A DNA stretch of 64,000 nt from Yuukianura sp. NJ FZ-2021 (GCA_046563655.1 CM102286.1:124001-188000), one strand, 5' to 3'; numbered from the stretch's first letter, positions 37,207 through 58,920 are shown. The notes: generated from the sequence alone by a model not told the origin. A program made the numbers and translations.

Positions 37207-38071
37207 CATCAACCTTAATTAGTCCAATTCACTCATTTTTTAGAACAATTCAAACTGAACTTTTTAGAAAAAGATGAATTTGTTTTAATTTTTTTTATAA
37301 GAGAAAAGTTAAACTTTTAATTAAGATTTAAGTTTTAATTTATTTTTAGCATTAGTTTTTGAGTAGTATGGCGAATCGCCTGACATTTGGGAGAGCCGAG
37401 GGTGCTAATTTGGTTGTTTTGGATGACTTGACACCTCGAGGTGTGAAGAGTCGGTGAACCACAAAGGGGGGCCTTGAAGGGACACTGCCAGTGGACACTT
37501 TGATCTCTGCGTCTCATTGTGTTTGTGTATCAGATTCAATTGACAACATTCCACACTCATCACCATCATCACTCTTCCTCAATGAATTATGCACAATCAT
37601 CACCCTTAACTTTTTCTTAAATTTTTACCCTACGACGCTGAAAAGTGCTGCTGAAATTGAGAAACAACAACCATAATGAAATTGTACTTTCTTCAATCCT
37701 TAATTATCCTCTCACAAATTCAGAACACATCTTTTCCCCTTTTGTATTTTTGATACATGACAAAAAATTTAATATTAAGATCTAGGTGACCTCAATTACT
37801 CTGACATGACCTCCACACTTTTTGGAAAAATAATTCAAAATCAACTTTTGTGCATCTCTTCGGCAGTTTTTTTTTATTTCTTTTGATTTGATTTTGGTTC
37901 TTTAAAACTTTTAGAACATGAAGTTCCTTGGCGGAATTATTGTACCTAATCCTAATTTTTTTTGAAACTGTGAATTCCGTTAATAGTTCAAAAAATTCTA
38001 AAATTACTAAAAGTCTGCCTTCACCTGCGCTTGGCAGAGAATTTTTCGACGGAAACGAAAAATCGACGTTT

Positions 38072-38203
38072 GCTGTTCTGCGACTCTGCAATCTACAAAA
38101 ACCTGCTGCGGATGAAGTGCAGTACCACTTGCTGTTTGCTGCTGCTGCATACTGCGCAGATACTTTGGCCGACTGGACTTGTCCAGCATGTCGAACAACA
38201 TGA
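38072..38203 (+). pseudogene. Possible fragment of a class-3 lipase N-terminus
   Basis: EVQYHLLFAAAAYCADTLADWTCPAC resembles the AAAYC...W.C..C N-terminal motif of class-3 lipases. It ends at TGA and no GxSxG was found downstream. Confidence 0.4.
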
Positions 38204-38943
38204 CCAAACAAAGTGCATTCCATTTTAACTTCTGGGCACGACTCAATTTTAGTTTCTGATAGATTCATTCAAAATTTCGAAAATTGTCATCGAACTAAGA
38301 AAAAAGTGAATAAACCGGAAATTCGAAAACTCGAAAATTTTATTTGCGTTTGAAAAAAAAACAGGAATTTATTGGTTGTTATTTGCACATTCGGGAAATG
38401 GAACTCTTTACAAGAGTCATAAAAGGATGAACAAAGACGAGTTTTTGCGACTGCGCAATGACCTTGATTGTTGCCAATTTGAGAAGTCAAAGTCAAGTGA
38501 GTAAGAAACTCATACCGTTGTGTCGAATTGGCAATTTGCAAATTCCAATTGTTATCTTGCAATTAACTCATCTCGCCACAGTTTTCAATCTTAACAATTC
38601 AACGTCACAAGCACAAATCAAAATCAACTTTCAATTTTTTGCTAAACTGTGCAAAATTCGTCTTCCGCATTTTTTTTCTTTGCAAGTATTTTGGTGTGGT
38701 CTACAAAAAATTGACAGCTCCATACACGCCTTGTTTAGATTTGAAAAGAGAATAAATTGATACACTTTGATTACTAAAAACTTTAACGACTTTTGATTTA
38801 TAATTTCCCACTTTTAGCTAACAAAAAACCAAACGATGGAAAAAAAATAAGAAGGTGTATAAAAAGGCTCCACATTCTCCAGCTTGGTATCAATCAATCT
38901 CCAACACTTCCACCGCCAAATTCAAAAACAAACCAACTCCACC

Positions 38944-39229
38944 ATGATGAAATACGTAAGGAAAAGTACATTTCAAACAAACTGTTTCTAAAAAGTATCC
39001 AAAATTTAAACTTTTTCCGTTTTCTATGTAGGTCATTGTCGTTTTGGCTCTGATTGCCATGGCTTCTGCGCAAGTGCTCTACAACGCTGCCTTCACCGGA
39101 GCCAACTTGCACGGTCCTTATGCTGCCAGTACTAGCACTGGAATCAGACGATTCGGCTCCACCGGTGGCTACATTGCCACTGGCTACGCAGCTCCAGCAT
39201 TCGCCGCTCCAGCCACTTACGTCATCTAA
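38944..39229 (+). CDS. Small secreted cuticle-like peptide with AAP motifs
   Basis: TATAAAA at 38858, exon 1 ATGATGAAATAC|gtaag, exon 2 from 39032: VIVVLALIAMASAQ...GYAAPAFAAPATYVI*; AATAAA near 39293. Confidence 0.82.
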
Positions 39230-40776
39230 AAAACGACGTTTTTGAAACGTTTCTTTTTGAAACGATTTATACCTCAGCTCAAAAGCCTCTCAAATAAAAA
39301 ACAGCATTTTGCAAATAATTTAACATCTGTGTGACTAATTCACTGATTAATCAGATGGCGTCTTTTTAAACTTCAAGCATCGGTGCACTGCGTCCTCTTC
39401 TGTTTATTACTTGACTTTTATTTCTTTGTCTTCATGTTTGAATTTTGAAATTGGCGCCACACGTTCAACCTTCTCCTCCCGGATGATCTTGAGCATTTTG
39501 CATAGCAGATTCCTTGAACTCTTCCTTCTTTGTCAAAAAAGAAACTGAAGCTGCGTGGCGACGCCCTTCTTCAGCACTCTGATCTGTCACAAACAAAATT
39601 CAGGTAAGAAACAAAATGGTACAGAAGTTAAAAATTGACTACAAATAGTGTTAAAAATTAACATTGCAGGCACAAAGCTTCCGAAAAGATGGAGAATATA
39701 TTTTGAATTTAATTAGCCAACAAAAACAGACGTTAAAATGCAAACAGTGGCCAGTTTATTTTTTATAGACTGACAATTTTATTTTTAAATTGTTTTGAAT
39801 TTTTGCACAGAAATGAGTTGTGGTGAGCCACAGTGCGAGAAGTTTTTGGTAAAGAGGGATAGGAAAGGGGGATGAGTGGGTGACACCAAATTCACATTTA
39901 TCCAAAATTGGCTCGGCAAAATTGTCAAATTAACAATAAATAAAAATAAACAATTCGTAATCGAAATTGAGACAGACAAATCTTGATTCAACATGCTTCA
40001 ATTTGAATGTAATGTGTTTTTACATTATTAATAATTCAACTTCAATTAGAATATTGTCTGGACTTCATCTTGTACAAACCAAACGTTGTTTATTTGCCGA
40101 GAATTGAATGGAAAAATTAATTTTACTTTTATAATCATCTAGAATGCCTTAGAATTTCCTAGAATTTAGTTACAGATAGAACGAAAGGCATAAACACTTC
40201 GCTACATTGTATTCTTTATATTGATATACAGTTTTTAGGCAAAAAAAATGGCTTTGTCGTAGAATATTTTGTATAATTAGCTAGTAACATATTGATCATG
40301 CAACAAATAGAGTAATGGATTCTAGTTGGTAAACATTTAGAATAAGAAATAAAAGAATAAAAAAAAACAGAAAATAAAATATAAACAATTATTAAAAAGA
40401 TAATTAAATTATCTAAAGAAAGAATTATCTAAATAAAGAAAATTAAATTACATAATTAAAATGGTAATGTAAAACATAAAAAATAAAAGAAACAAAAATA
40501 AAAACAAGTATTTAAATTCCGCAAAAAAGCGCATGCCGCACCCCAATTTCACAGCTGTGATTAATCTTTTTGGCAGATCCACCTTTCCTCCCCTGTTCAT
40601 GTTTGTTCCTGTTGCCAAGTAGTGTTGAAAGGCGTTGGTTTGAGGTCAGACGAAAGTGTATCAGCCGCCATACTTCTTTTCCGTACGAAAGAGGCAGACA
40701 GCAACGAACTTTGACTACGAAAGCACCTTGAAGTAAGCCCATCTACTGCACGAACACTACGATTGAAGTGAGAGAC

Positions 40777-48797
<8,021 letters not shown>

Positions 48798-49460
48798 ACT
48801 AGAAGTTTAAAGTTTTATTTCTTACGGTCTCTAATTACGCCAATTCTCAGAAGTATTTACTAATTAATTGTAGAGTTTATTATATTTAGCAACTTTTACT
48901 TCAATTGTTATCCAAAGTGGAGTAAAGAATTAAAATAATTTCGGATCTTCCGCATTGTATTCAGCAGTTGGTTTGTTCACAAAATCTTTTACTTTATCAT
49001 GAATTAAACGTGAAATTCTTCTCTCCGAAGTATTCTCTTCCCCGGAGTAAAAATTTTGTTGAATTTGAGAGTTTTTTGAAGCAGTTTGTAAGGAAGTATT
49101 TGTTTGAATGGATGAAAACGTTTGAAGATTTAACTCGTTAAAAAGTGGTCGCTTTTTCGCTCAACTCTTTTCACTTTCTCATGAAATACAGACACAGTCT
49201 CGTTTCTGTCTAAAAATTTGTTAAAATTTGAACTTTGCTGCTTTTTCTGTGGATCCATCGCTCGGTTCAACATTCAGCACATGAATTCGCATAAATAAGT
49301 TGTAAGGAGTCGAGAAGCAACTCAAGATTGCGTCCTACATAAACTTTATGATTAGGAATGCAGCTACTAGTTTACTAAAACGAATGTTTCGCATATTGTT
49401 GTTTTAATTCATGACTATGTTGTAAAAGTTATTAAAACAGAATAAAAAAAATAAAAAAGA

Positions 49461-49532
49461 AGGGGGCACCCAGGTTTGAACTAGGGACCTCTTGATCTGC
49501 AGTCAAATGCTCTACCACTGAGCTATACCCCC
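49461..49532 (-). tRNA. tRNA-Cys (GCA)
   Basis: GGGGGTATAGCTCAGTGGTAGAGCATTTGACTGCAGATCAAGAGGTCCCTAGTTCAAACCTGGGTGCCCCCT; complete cloverleaf with an oligo-T terminator. Confidence 0.97.
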
Positions 49533-49769
49533 AATCGGTACTCAAACCCACAAAACTAGCTCTACTCGAGTCGCCTCCGCAATTTAGTCACCACACTTCA
49601 AGTCAAACGGCGTCTAGAACTCATGCAAACAGAAATGGAAATGTGCAAAAAATTGGCACAAGTTTCCAAGTCAACTAGAGGCACATTAAAAAGCACGAAT
49701 GTCAAATTCTCCACAAGTCAATGACGTCATAAACCTCTAAAGCCCAATTGATTAGGCTGAGGAAATCAC

Positions 49770-50140
49770 AAAGTGGATTTTCCTCATTTATGGCAAATTT
49801 ACACATTCCGAAATGTTGTTTTTTTAAAACGCCATTACACCTTCTAACTTTCTACAGAAGGACTTTTGGAAAAAGTCAGGATTAGGCTAACAAATTCCCA
49901 AAAGCTTATTTTCCTTCTTCATGAAAAATTGAAATTTTCCAAAGTATTGTTTTTTCAAAACATCATCACACCTTCTAACTTTCCAGAGGAGGCATTTTGG
50001 AAAAAGTCAGGATTAGGCTAAGAAAATTACCAAAGTGTATTTTCATAATTTATGCACAATTTCAAAAATTCCAGAATAGAGTTTTTTTCCAACACCATCC
50101 CACCTTCTAACTTTCTAGCTTTTTACTTTTTGGAAAAAAG
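49770..50140 (+). repeat. ~131-bp repeat array (3 units)
   Basis: CTTCTAACTTTC at 49841, 49972 and 50104; units 1-2 continue with GGAAAAAGTCAGGATTAGGCTAA. Confidence 0.9.
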
Positions 50141-50401
50141 TATGCTCAAAATTTCCTTAAAATGTAACTTCCTCAATCCTGAGAAACTAAAATTTTCCAA
50201 AATTTTTGACTTCATTCAAAAGTATCCAAGCTAACTTAAACGAAATGTGGAAAAATAGACAAAATGAAACTTTGTGTGAAAAAAAGCTGAGAATATAAAT
50301 ATGCCATTGGAGAATAAATAATTTATTGATGGTCCGTAAAAATTAATTACACAATCAAACTTCTGTCTTAAAATTTACCCAATTTTTCTCTTTTCAAAAA
50401 G

Positions 50402-53400
50402 TTAAACAGCACCAGCCCAACTTTGCATGGGTTTTTCAGTTGTTGGTTTTTTGGTGGTTCTCCTCGTTGTTATGGTGGGTTTCGGCGGAGGAGGTGGTGG
50501 TGGCTCCGTCATGGGTTCTGTTGGTGGCTCTAGTGGCTCTGGTGGTTCGAACGGTGGTGGAATGTGTTTTGGCACATTGTTTCCCTTATTCTTCTTATTT
50601 TTCCAATCGCGTTTTGGTAAACTTCTAAATTTGATTCCACCGGCTTCAGTTCTTCCATTTTTGTCAAAGATGCGTTTGATGTATTTGAAGAGACTTTTGT
50701 TTCCGACGTATCCTTTGCATGTCATTTCGTTGTCGTTGGACTGATGTGTCACGATGGTCGTAAAATCCGTCAATGTCGCCACAGTTTTCAAAGTGTCGTA
50801 CTCCACCAGTTCAATTGGCCGAGTTGGACTAAATTCAACATCTTGCGGAGGAAACATTCCGGCGGGAGAAGTGAAGTGAATTGGATTACGGTTGAGCAGT
50901 TTCTTCGTAGACAAAGTGCGGTTGACCCCTGGAATGACCTTGACATTCAAATTCATTTCAAGTGAAGCTGGATAGAACAGCGGCAGAAAATCATTCACAA
51001 ACTTGAGTGGATTTTTAGCGTAAGTTGCAATGAGATGATTGTAGTTCTTGGGTTGCATCGTTTGAGTAAAGTTGTCCATTACTGTTTGTGGATTGAGAGA
51101 GACAATGACTCCGTCTGACACGAGGTCACGGTCACGGTCAAAGTCAAGCACAAAGGTCAAGTCAGGCTTATAAAACATGTAGTCCCACACTCTCGTGTAA
51201 ACTTGGACTCCGGAGGGACATCCACTGACTCCAATTGGATTTGTGACACCCAAGGCCACAACGAAAGCTCCGTACATTGGACCAGCCGAAATGACTTCAT
51301 CTGTCTCTATCTGAGGATTAGGAACGACCCCGAACAGAAAATGGCCGCCTTTTCCGTATTTCCGACGAAGAGCCCACCCCCAAAAATCCGACGGATTCGT
51401 GGGAAACGGCAGCCTCGGTCCAAATTCTCCTCGATTTCGCAACTTTTGTTGGCAGTTTTCAGTTTCTGGTTCATCTGTTGACCTTTGACCTTCAGAAGTT
51501 TTTTGATTAGCAGAACCAATGTGGAAGCTGATTGTGACATTCCCCTTCACACCTTTGTCAATGATACTTCCAAATTTTGTTCTAGTGACCTTGGACGATT
51601 TACTTGAGCTCAACTCTTCGTCACTTGTGACCTCCTTCTCTCCAGTCGGCACCATTACACCAGCGAGGACTAAAAAAAAATTGCACAAGTTACAAAGAAA
51701 ACGCCAGAAACCACTCTAAAACGCCCATTTTTCTCAATCTCTGAACGCTTTCCTAACATCAAACTTATGTCCTCATTGCCCTGAAGCTTCTTCAAAATTT
51801 AAAAAATGGCGCTACAAGGAAACGTTTAGCCTAAACAGAAACAACTGGACAATGAAGACATAGTAAGTGTTTAGTTTGATTTAGTTTAGAACCAAACTAA
51901 ATTTTCAACACAAAAACATATTGGAATGAGAATAAACAACTGCAGACCCGAAAGCAATCCAGAGCTGGAAGATTTTTCTTTTTTTTCTTTCTTTGATTTT
52001 GAAATTTTTTTGGTTTTGATTTTGATGGAACTGGATTGGGAACTTTCTGCATCAGCATCACCCGAATCATCCGAATCTTCAATTTTCTTGATTGTCACTT
52101 TTTTCTTCTTGCTAGTCTTGGTAAAAGTAGTTTTCGTTTGAATCGAAGGAGCTTCTGTGGTCTCTTCAACAGGAGTTTCTGTGGTCTCTTCAACAGGAGC
52201 TTCTGTAGTTTCTTCAACAGGAGCTTCTGTAGTTTCTTCAACAACAGCTTCTGTAGTCTCTTCAACAGGAGTTTCTGTAGTTTCTTCAACAGGAGTTTCT
52301 GTAGTTTCTTCAACAGGAGTTTCTGTAGTTTCTTCAACAGGAGTTTCTGTAGTTTCTTCAACAGGAGTTTCTGTAGTCTCTTCAACAGGAGCTTCTTTAG
52401 TCTCTTCAACAGGAGTTTCTGTAATCTCAACGTCAGGAGTTTCTGTAGTCCTTTCGGCAGTTTCTTCTTCTTGTTCTTGTTTTTCTTCAGGCTCTTCCGT
52501 TTCAGTTTCTGTGATTGTCAGTTTCTTTTTCTTTGTGATCTTGGTAAAAGTGCTGTTGGTTTGACTTTCAACTTCATCATCAGGAACAACAGGAGCTTCT
52601 GTTGTCTCTTCAGCAGGAGCTTCTGTAGTCTCTTCAGCAGGAGCTTCTGTAGTCTCCTCAGCAGGAGATTCTGTTGTCTCTTCAGCAGGAGCTTCTGTTG
52701 TCTCTTCAGCAGGAGCTTCTGTTGTCTCTTCAGCAGGAGTTTCTGTAGTCTCTTCAACAGGAGTTTCTGTAGTCCTTTCGGCAGTTTCTTCTTCTTGTTC
52801 TTGTTTTTCTTCAGGCTCTTCCGTTTCAGTTTCTGTGATTGTCAGTTTCTTTTTCTTTGTGATCTTGGTAAAAGTGCTGTTGGTTTGACTTTCAACTTCA
52901 TCATCAGGAACAACAGGAGCTTCTGTTGTCTCTTCAGCAGGAGCTTCTGTAGTCTCTTCAGCAGGAGCTTCTGTAGTCTCCTCAGCAGGAGATTCTGTTG
53001 TCTCTTCAGCAGGAGCTTCTGTTGTCTCTTCAGCAGGAGATTCTGTTGTCTCTTCAGCAGGAGCTTCTGTTGTCTCTTCAGCAGGAGATTCTGTTGTCTC
53101 TTCAGCAGGAGTTTCTGTAGTCTCAGCAACAGGAGCTTCTGTTGTCTCTTCAGCAGGCGCTTCTGTTGTCTCTTCAGCAGGAGATTCTGTAGTCTCAACA
53201 GCAGGAGCTTCTGTTGTCCCTTCAACAATAGCTTCTGTAGTCTCTTCAACAGGAGCCTCTGTAGTCTCAGGAACAGGAACTTCTGTAGTCTCTTCCGCAG
53301 GAGCTTCGGTAGTCTCGGCATCTTCAGCATCATCAGCTTCCACTGTGGTGATTGTTAGTTTCTTCTTCTTAGTGATCTTGGTAAAACTACTGTTGGTTTG

Positions 53401-54681
53401 ACTTTCAACTTCATCATCAGGAACAACAGGAGCTTCTGTAGTCTCCTCAGCAGGAGCTTCTGTAGTCTCAGGAACAGGAGCTTCCGTAGTCTCCTCAGCA
53501 GGAGCTTCTGTAGTCTCAGGGACAGGAGCTTCTGTAGTCTCAGGAACAGGAGTTTCTGTAGTTTCGGCAGTTTCTTCTTGTTGTTTTTGTTTTTCTTCAG
53601 GCTCTTCCGTCTCAGTTGTTTTGATTGTCAGTTTTTTCTTCTTGGTAATTTTGGTGTAAGAACTGTTGGTTTGACTCGAAAATTCGTCATCGTCAGATTT
53701 CGGCTTCATAGTCGTCTGTTCTTGTTCTTCAGCTTCTGTTTTAGTTGTCTTGACTGTCTTCTTCTTGGTGATCTTTGAAAAAGAGCTGCTGGATGTTGAT
53801 TCATTTCCAGAGTCCTCACTGGGTTCATCAGAAACTGACTTGATTTTCAGCTTGGATTTTTTAGATTTTGCTGTAACGCTACTTTCGCTTTGAGATTCGT
53901 CCGCTGCCGCCGGAGCTTCAGTTTCACCTTCAGTCGTTTTTGTTATAACTTTCTTCTTCTTGCTAATTTTTGTAAATGAACTGCTACTCGACGATTCGTT
54001 GTCTCCAGCATCCGCTGCATCAGCCGATTTGTCAACCTTCTTTGCTTTTGTTTTCGGTGCATCTGAGTCGTCGTCACCGCCAGAGGTTGTCGTTACTTTC
54101 TTCTTCATCGTGCGTTTGGTTTGCGTTGAGCTGGAACTGCTTGTATGAGTTGATTCTGGTTCAGCATCACCATCAACAGAAGTAGTCGTTTTCTTGGAAG
54201 TTTTTTTCATCACCTTTGTTTGAGTCGAACTGGAGCTCGTGCCACTTGATTCCGGTTCGGCTGGATCATCGGAGCCTTCACTTGTCGAAGTTTTCTTCAC
54301 AGTTTTCTTCACTTTTGTCTGTTTTGAAAAAGTGGAACTTGTTTCAGATTCTCCGTTGTCATTGCCAGCATCTTGGTCAATCGTCGTTTTTTTGATAGTC
54401 TTTTTAGAAGTTTTCTTTGTTTGCTGCACCACAGAAGTGGTACCCGTTTCGTCTGAACTTCCGCCGCCGAAATTCCCTTTCTTCTTCATTTGAGCTTTGT
54501 TCCGTTCGGCCTTCTCATGCGACTCCTCATGCTCTTTCCTGTCAGAATCATCTTCATCTTGTCTCCCTTTTCCAAATAGTCCGTTTTTGTTTGAAGCGCC
54601 GTTGGATTTCACAAACATCTCCACAATCGATGGCAAACTGGCAACAAACAGTATCACAAAAATGTTCAACATCAAACCCAT
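50402..54681 (-). CDS. Large mucin-like acidic/basic block protein with C-terminal globular region (copy C, apparently full length)
   Basis: Hydrophobic N-terminus MGLMLNIFVILFVASL, S/T/K-rich blocks and ETTEAP repeats. A phase-1 intron 51947-51670 would join LLSG to VLAGVMVP in frame with the 428-aa ORF; the splice is inferred. Confidence 0.75.
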
Positions 54682-55014
54682 GATTACACCTTTGCTGAAC
54701 AAACGCCTAAATCAAACTGAAACTGCTACAGTGACCTCTCATTCAAATCAGGTCAAGTTCTACTTTTCAATTTTTTATTGTTGACGAAACAACTTCCTCG
54801 TCGGTCAACAATGGCATTCTGGTCTTCCTCATCGTTTTATCGCAACTACTACCGAAATTTTTTTTTATAGAAAATTTTAAATTTATTTATTTAATATTGC
54901 ATTAAATCACAACTTACACCTGTCAATGGCAGGTTGAAGTATTTAAAGAGTGTAGTAATAATTTTCAAAACGTTTAATAAAATTTAATTTCAAAAAAATT
55001 AATAAATTTCAAAA

Positions 55015-55510
55015 AACAATGTTTTGGAATTTTTAAATTTCCATAAATGAGGAAAATACACTTCAGTGAAATTTGTTAGCCTAATCCTGATTTTTTCCAA
55101 AAGTCCTTCTGTAGAAAGTTAGTGGATGTGAAGCTGTTTTTAAAAATCAACATTTTGGGATTTTTTAAATTTCCATAAAAAAGGAAAATGGACTGTAGTG
55201 AATTTGTTAGCCTAATCCTGACTTTTTCCAAAAGTCCTTCTGTAGAAAGTTAGAAGGTGTGATGCTGTCTTGAAAAAACAATATTTTGGGATTTTTTAAG
55301 TTTCCATAAATAAGGAAAATACGGTTGAGTGAATTTGTTAGCCGATTTTTTTTTTCAAAAACCGACCATTGTTGTGTGATGCCAATGTTTGTAAATAAGA
55401 AAATAGTTTTAACTTTAACGATTTGGTTGCTATAGAACCCTTGGTGTGATGCTATTTAAAAAAAACCATATTTTGGAAGTTTTCTTTGCATCAATGAGAA
55501 AAATACACTT
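55015..55510 (-). repeat. ~131-bp repeat array, inverted relative to 49770-50140
   Basis: TTAGCCTAATCCTGA(C/T)TTTTTCCAAAAGTCCTTCTGTAGAAAGTTAG at ~55076 and ~55207, followed by degenerate copies. Confidence 0.9.
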
Positions 55511-55788
55511 TAGGGAGAATTATTTCCCACTTTTTGATCATGCTGCCCATGAATTTGTTTTCATTCACATTTATTCACATTTCACGTATATACATGCATG
55601 TTCGTTTGTATGTAAAATATGAGATTTCCAGACTATAATTGACATGCAAAAAAAAGTTAGATCTCCCAAAAAATATGTTGGAATGAAAATAAATAGGTGG
55701 TATTATAGACCCGAAAGCAATCCAGAAGATTTTTCTTTTTTCTCTTTTTTTACGTTTACTTTGTTTTAACTTTGAGCAACGAATCCTC

Positions 55789-58568
55789 TCAATCAGACTT
55801 CTGATTTCCATCAGCATCACCAGTTTGGTAATTTTTCGTCTTTGTAACTGTTTTGGTCACTTTCTTCCGTTTGGAAGAAGAAGATGAACTGGATGACGAC
55901 GTCTCTGACTCATCTCCTCCCTCGGGCGCAGACGCATCCGATTTCACCTTGGTTGACTTTTTAGTTGACTTTTTCAAAGAACTGCTCGTTTGAGTCATGG
56001 AGGACTCGCTACTTCCGCCATCACTCCCTTGACTCTTGACGTTGGATTTGGAAATTTTTTGGTTTTGAGTTTGGTGGAACTGGATTGGGAACTTTCTGCT
56101 TCAGCATCACCCGAATCATCCGAATCTTGAATTTTCTTGATTGCCACTTTTTTCTTCTTGCTAGTCTTGGAGAAAGTGCTGTTCGTTTGACTCCAACTTT
56201 CACCTTCATCAGCAGGTTTAGAACTTTCTGTAGTTTCAGCATTTTCTTCCCCCTCTAAGTCGCTAATTGTCAATTTCTTCTTTTTGGTGATTTTGTTAAA
56301 AGTAGTGTTGGTTTGACTTGAACTCTCAACTTCATCATCAGGAACAACAGGAGCTTCTGTCGTCTCAGCATCATCAGATTCCACTCCGGTGATTGTCACT
56401 TTCTTTTTCTTAGTCATCTTGTTAAAACTACTGTTCGTTTGGCTTGAACTTTCAACTTCATCATCAGGAACAACAGGAGCTTCTGTAGTCTCAGCATCAG
56501 GAGTTTCTGTAGTCTCTTCAACAGGAGCTTCTGTAGGCTCTTCAACAGGAGCTTCTGTAGTTTCAGCATCTTCAGCGTCATCAGCTTCCACTCCGCTGAT
56601 TGTCACTTTCTTTTTCTTACTGATCTTGGTAAAACTACTGTTCGTTTGGCTTGAACTTTCAGCTTCATCATCAGGAACAACAAGAGCTTCTGTAGTCTCC
56701 TCAGCAGGAGCTTCTGTAGTCTGCTCATCAGGAGCTTCTGTAGTCTCTTCATCAGGAGCTTCTGTTGTCTCAGCATCTTCAGCTTCCACTCCGGTGATTG
56801 TTAGTTTCTTCTTCTTAGTGATCTTGGTAAAACTACTGTTCGTTTGACTTGAACTTTCAGCTTCATCATCAGGAACAACAGAAGTATCTGTCGTCTCTTC
56901 AGCAGGAGCTTCTGTAGTCTCTTCATCAGGAGCTTCTGTAGTTTCTTCAGCAGGAGCTTCTGTAGTCTCTTCATCAGGAGCTTCTGTAGTTTCTTCAGCA
57001 GGAGCTTCTGTAGTCTCTTCATCAGGAGCTTCTGTAGTTTCTTCATTAGGAGCTTCTGTAGTCTCTTCAGGAGCTTCTGTAGTCTCTTCATCAGGAGCTT
57101 CTGTAGTCTCTTCATCAGGAGCTTCTGTAGTCTCTTCATCAGGAGCTTCTGTAGTTTCTTCATCAGGGGCTTCTGTAGTCTCTTCATCAGGAGCTTCTGT
57201 AGTCTCAGCGTCAGGAGTTTCTGTAGTTTCAACTTGAGGAGTTTCTGTAGTTTCGGCAGTTTCTTCTTCTTGTTTTTGTTTTTCTTCGGGCTCTTCGGTT
57301 TCAGTTGCTTTAATTTTCAGTTTTTTCTTCTTGGTAATTTTGGTGTAAGAACTGTTGCTTTGACTCGAATATTCGTCATCATCAGATTTCGGTTTCACAG
57401 TCGTCTCTTCTTGTTCTTCAGCTTCTGTTTTAGTTTTCTTGACTTTCTTCTTCTTGGTGACCTTTGAAAAAGAGCTGCTGGATTGCGATGTTGATTCATT
57501 TCTAGAACCGTCAGTGGGTTCATCAGAAACAACTGACTTGATTTTCAGCTTGGATTTTTTGGATTTTGATGTAACGCTTGTTTGGCTTTGAGATTCGTCC
57601 TCTGCCGTCGGAGTTTCAGTTTCACCTTCAGTCGTTTTTGTCGTAATTTTCTTCTTCTTACTCATTTTTGAAAATGAGCTGCTACTCGAAGATTCGCTGT
57701 CTCCAGAATCCCCTAAATCAGCCGATTTGTCAACCTTCTTTGCTTTTGTTTTCGACGCATCTGAGTCATCGTCACCGCCAGAGGTTGTCGTTACTTTTTT
57801 CTTCATCGTGCGTTTGGTTTGTGTTGAACTGGAACTGCTCGTGTCAGTTGATTCTGGTTCAGCATCACCACCAACAGAAGAAGTCGTTTTCTTGGAAGTT
57901 TTTTTCAACTTTTTTTGAGTCGAACTGGAGCTTGTGTCATTTGATTCCGGTTCGGCTGGATCATCGGAACCTTCAGTTGTCGTAGTTTTCTTTAAAGTTT
58001 TCTTCATTTTTGATTGTTTTGAAAAACTGGAACTCGTTTCAGATTTTCCGTTGTCATTGCCAGATTCTTGGTCAACCGTCGTTTTCTTCGTAGACTTTTT
58101 AGAACTTTTCTTTGTTTGCTGCATTACAGAAGTGGCCTCCGAATTGGCTGACTCGGGCAAATTCGACTCCTCTTCGCCATCTTGACTCTTTGTGCTGGCT
58201 TTCTTGCGGTGACTCTTGACGATTGTTTTGCTGGAAGTTTGTGTGACACTTCCTCCATCAGAATCAGATTTATTCTTGCGCCATCCCTTTTTCTTGCCTT
58301 TGCCACCATTCCCTTCGGAGGATGACGATTCGTCGGAACCGCGGAATTTCCCCTTTCCGAACTTCTTCTTCATCTGACCTTTGTTCCACTTGGCCTTCTC
58401 ATGCGACTCCTCATGCTCCCTCCTGTCAGCATCTCCCTCATCTTCATCCTTTCTCCCTTTTCCAAGCAAGTTCAAACCAGCAGCAGCGTCCAGGTTCAAA
58501 AACATCTCCACAATCGATGGCAAACTGGCAACAAACAGTAACACAAAAATGTTTAACATTAAACCCAT
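55789..58568 (-). CDS. Mucin-like acidic/basic block protein, copy B (frameshift at ~56055-56060; stops before the splice donor)
   Basis: Same N-terminus and modules as copy C. The A-run is one base shorter than in C; the ORF continues as 55998-55789. Confidence 0.72.
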
Positions 58569-58784
58569 GATTACACCTTTGTTGAACAAACGCCTAAATC
58601 AAACTGAAACTTCTGCTGTGACCTCTCATTCCAATTAGGTCAAGTTCTACTTTTTAGATTTTATTGTTGGTAAAACAACTTCCTCGTTGGTCAACAATGG
58701 CATTCTGGGCTTCCTCATCGTTTTTACTACACTTAAGATATTGTTTCATCATTTATGATCAATCGTTAAAAATACCAACAAGGA

Positions 58785-58920
58785 AAATGTTTTGGAATTT
58801 TTTAAATTTCTATAAAAAAAAAAGGAAAATGCACTTCAGTGAATTTATTAGCCTAATCCTGACTTTTTCCAAAAGTCCTTCTGTAGAAAGTTAGAAGGCG
58901 TGATACTATTTAAAAAAAAC
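58785..58920 (-). repeat. Single copy of the ~131-bp repeat
   Basis: TTAGCCTAATCCTGACTTTTTCCAAAAGTCCTTCTGTAGAAAGTTAGAAGG. Confidence 0.88.

Noticed and set aside
39450..39590. Coding-looking patch on the minus strand (TKKEEFKES / MLKIIREEK in different frames)
   Set aside because: Short, frame-inconsistent, and no recognisable family or gene structure.
52036..53358. 440-aa + strand Cys/Phe-rich ORF and LQKLLLKR ORFs
   Set aside because: Alternative-frame translations of the 24-bp ETTEAP repeat.
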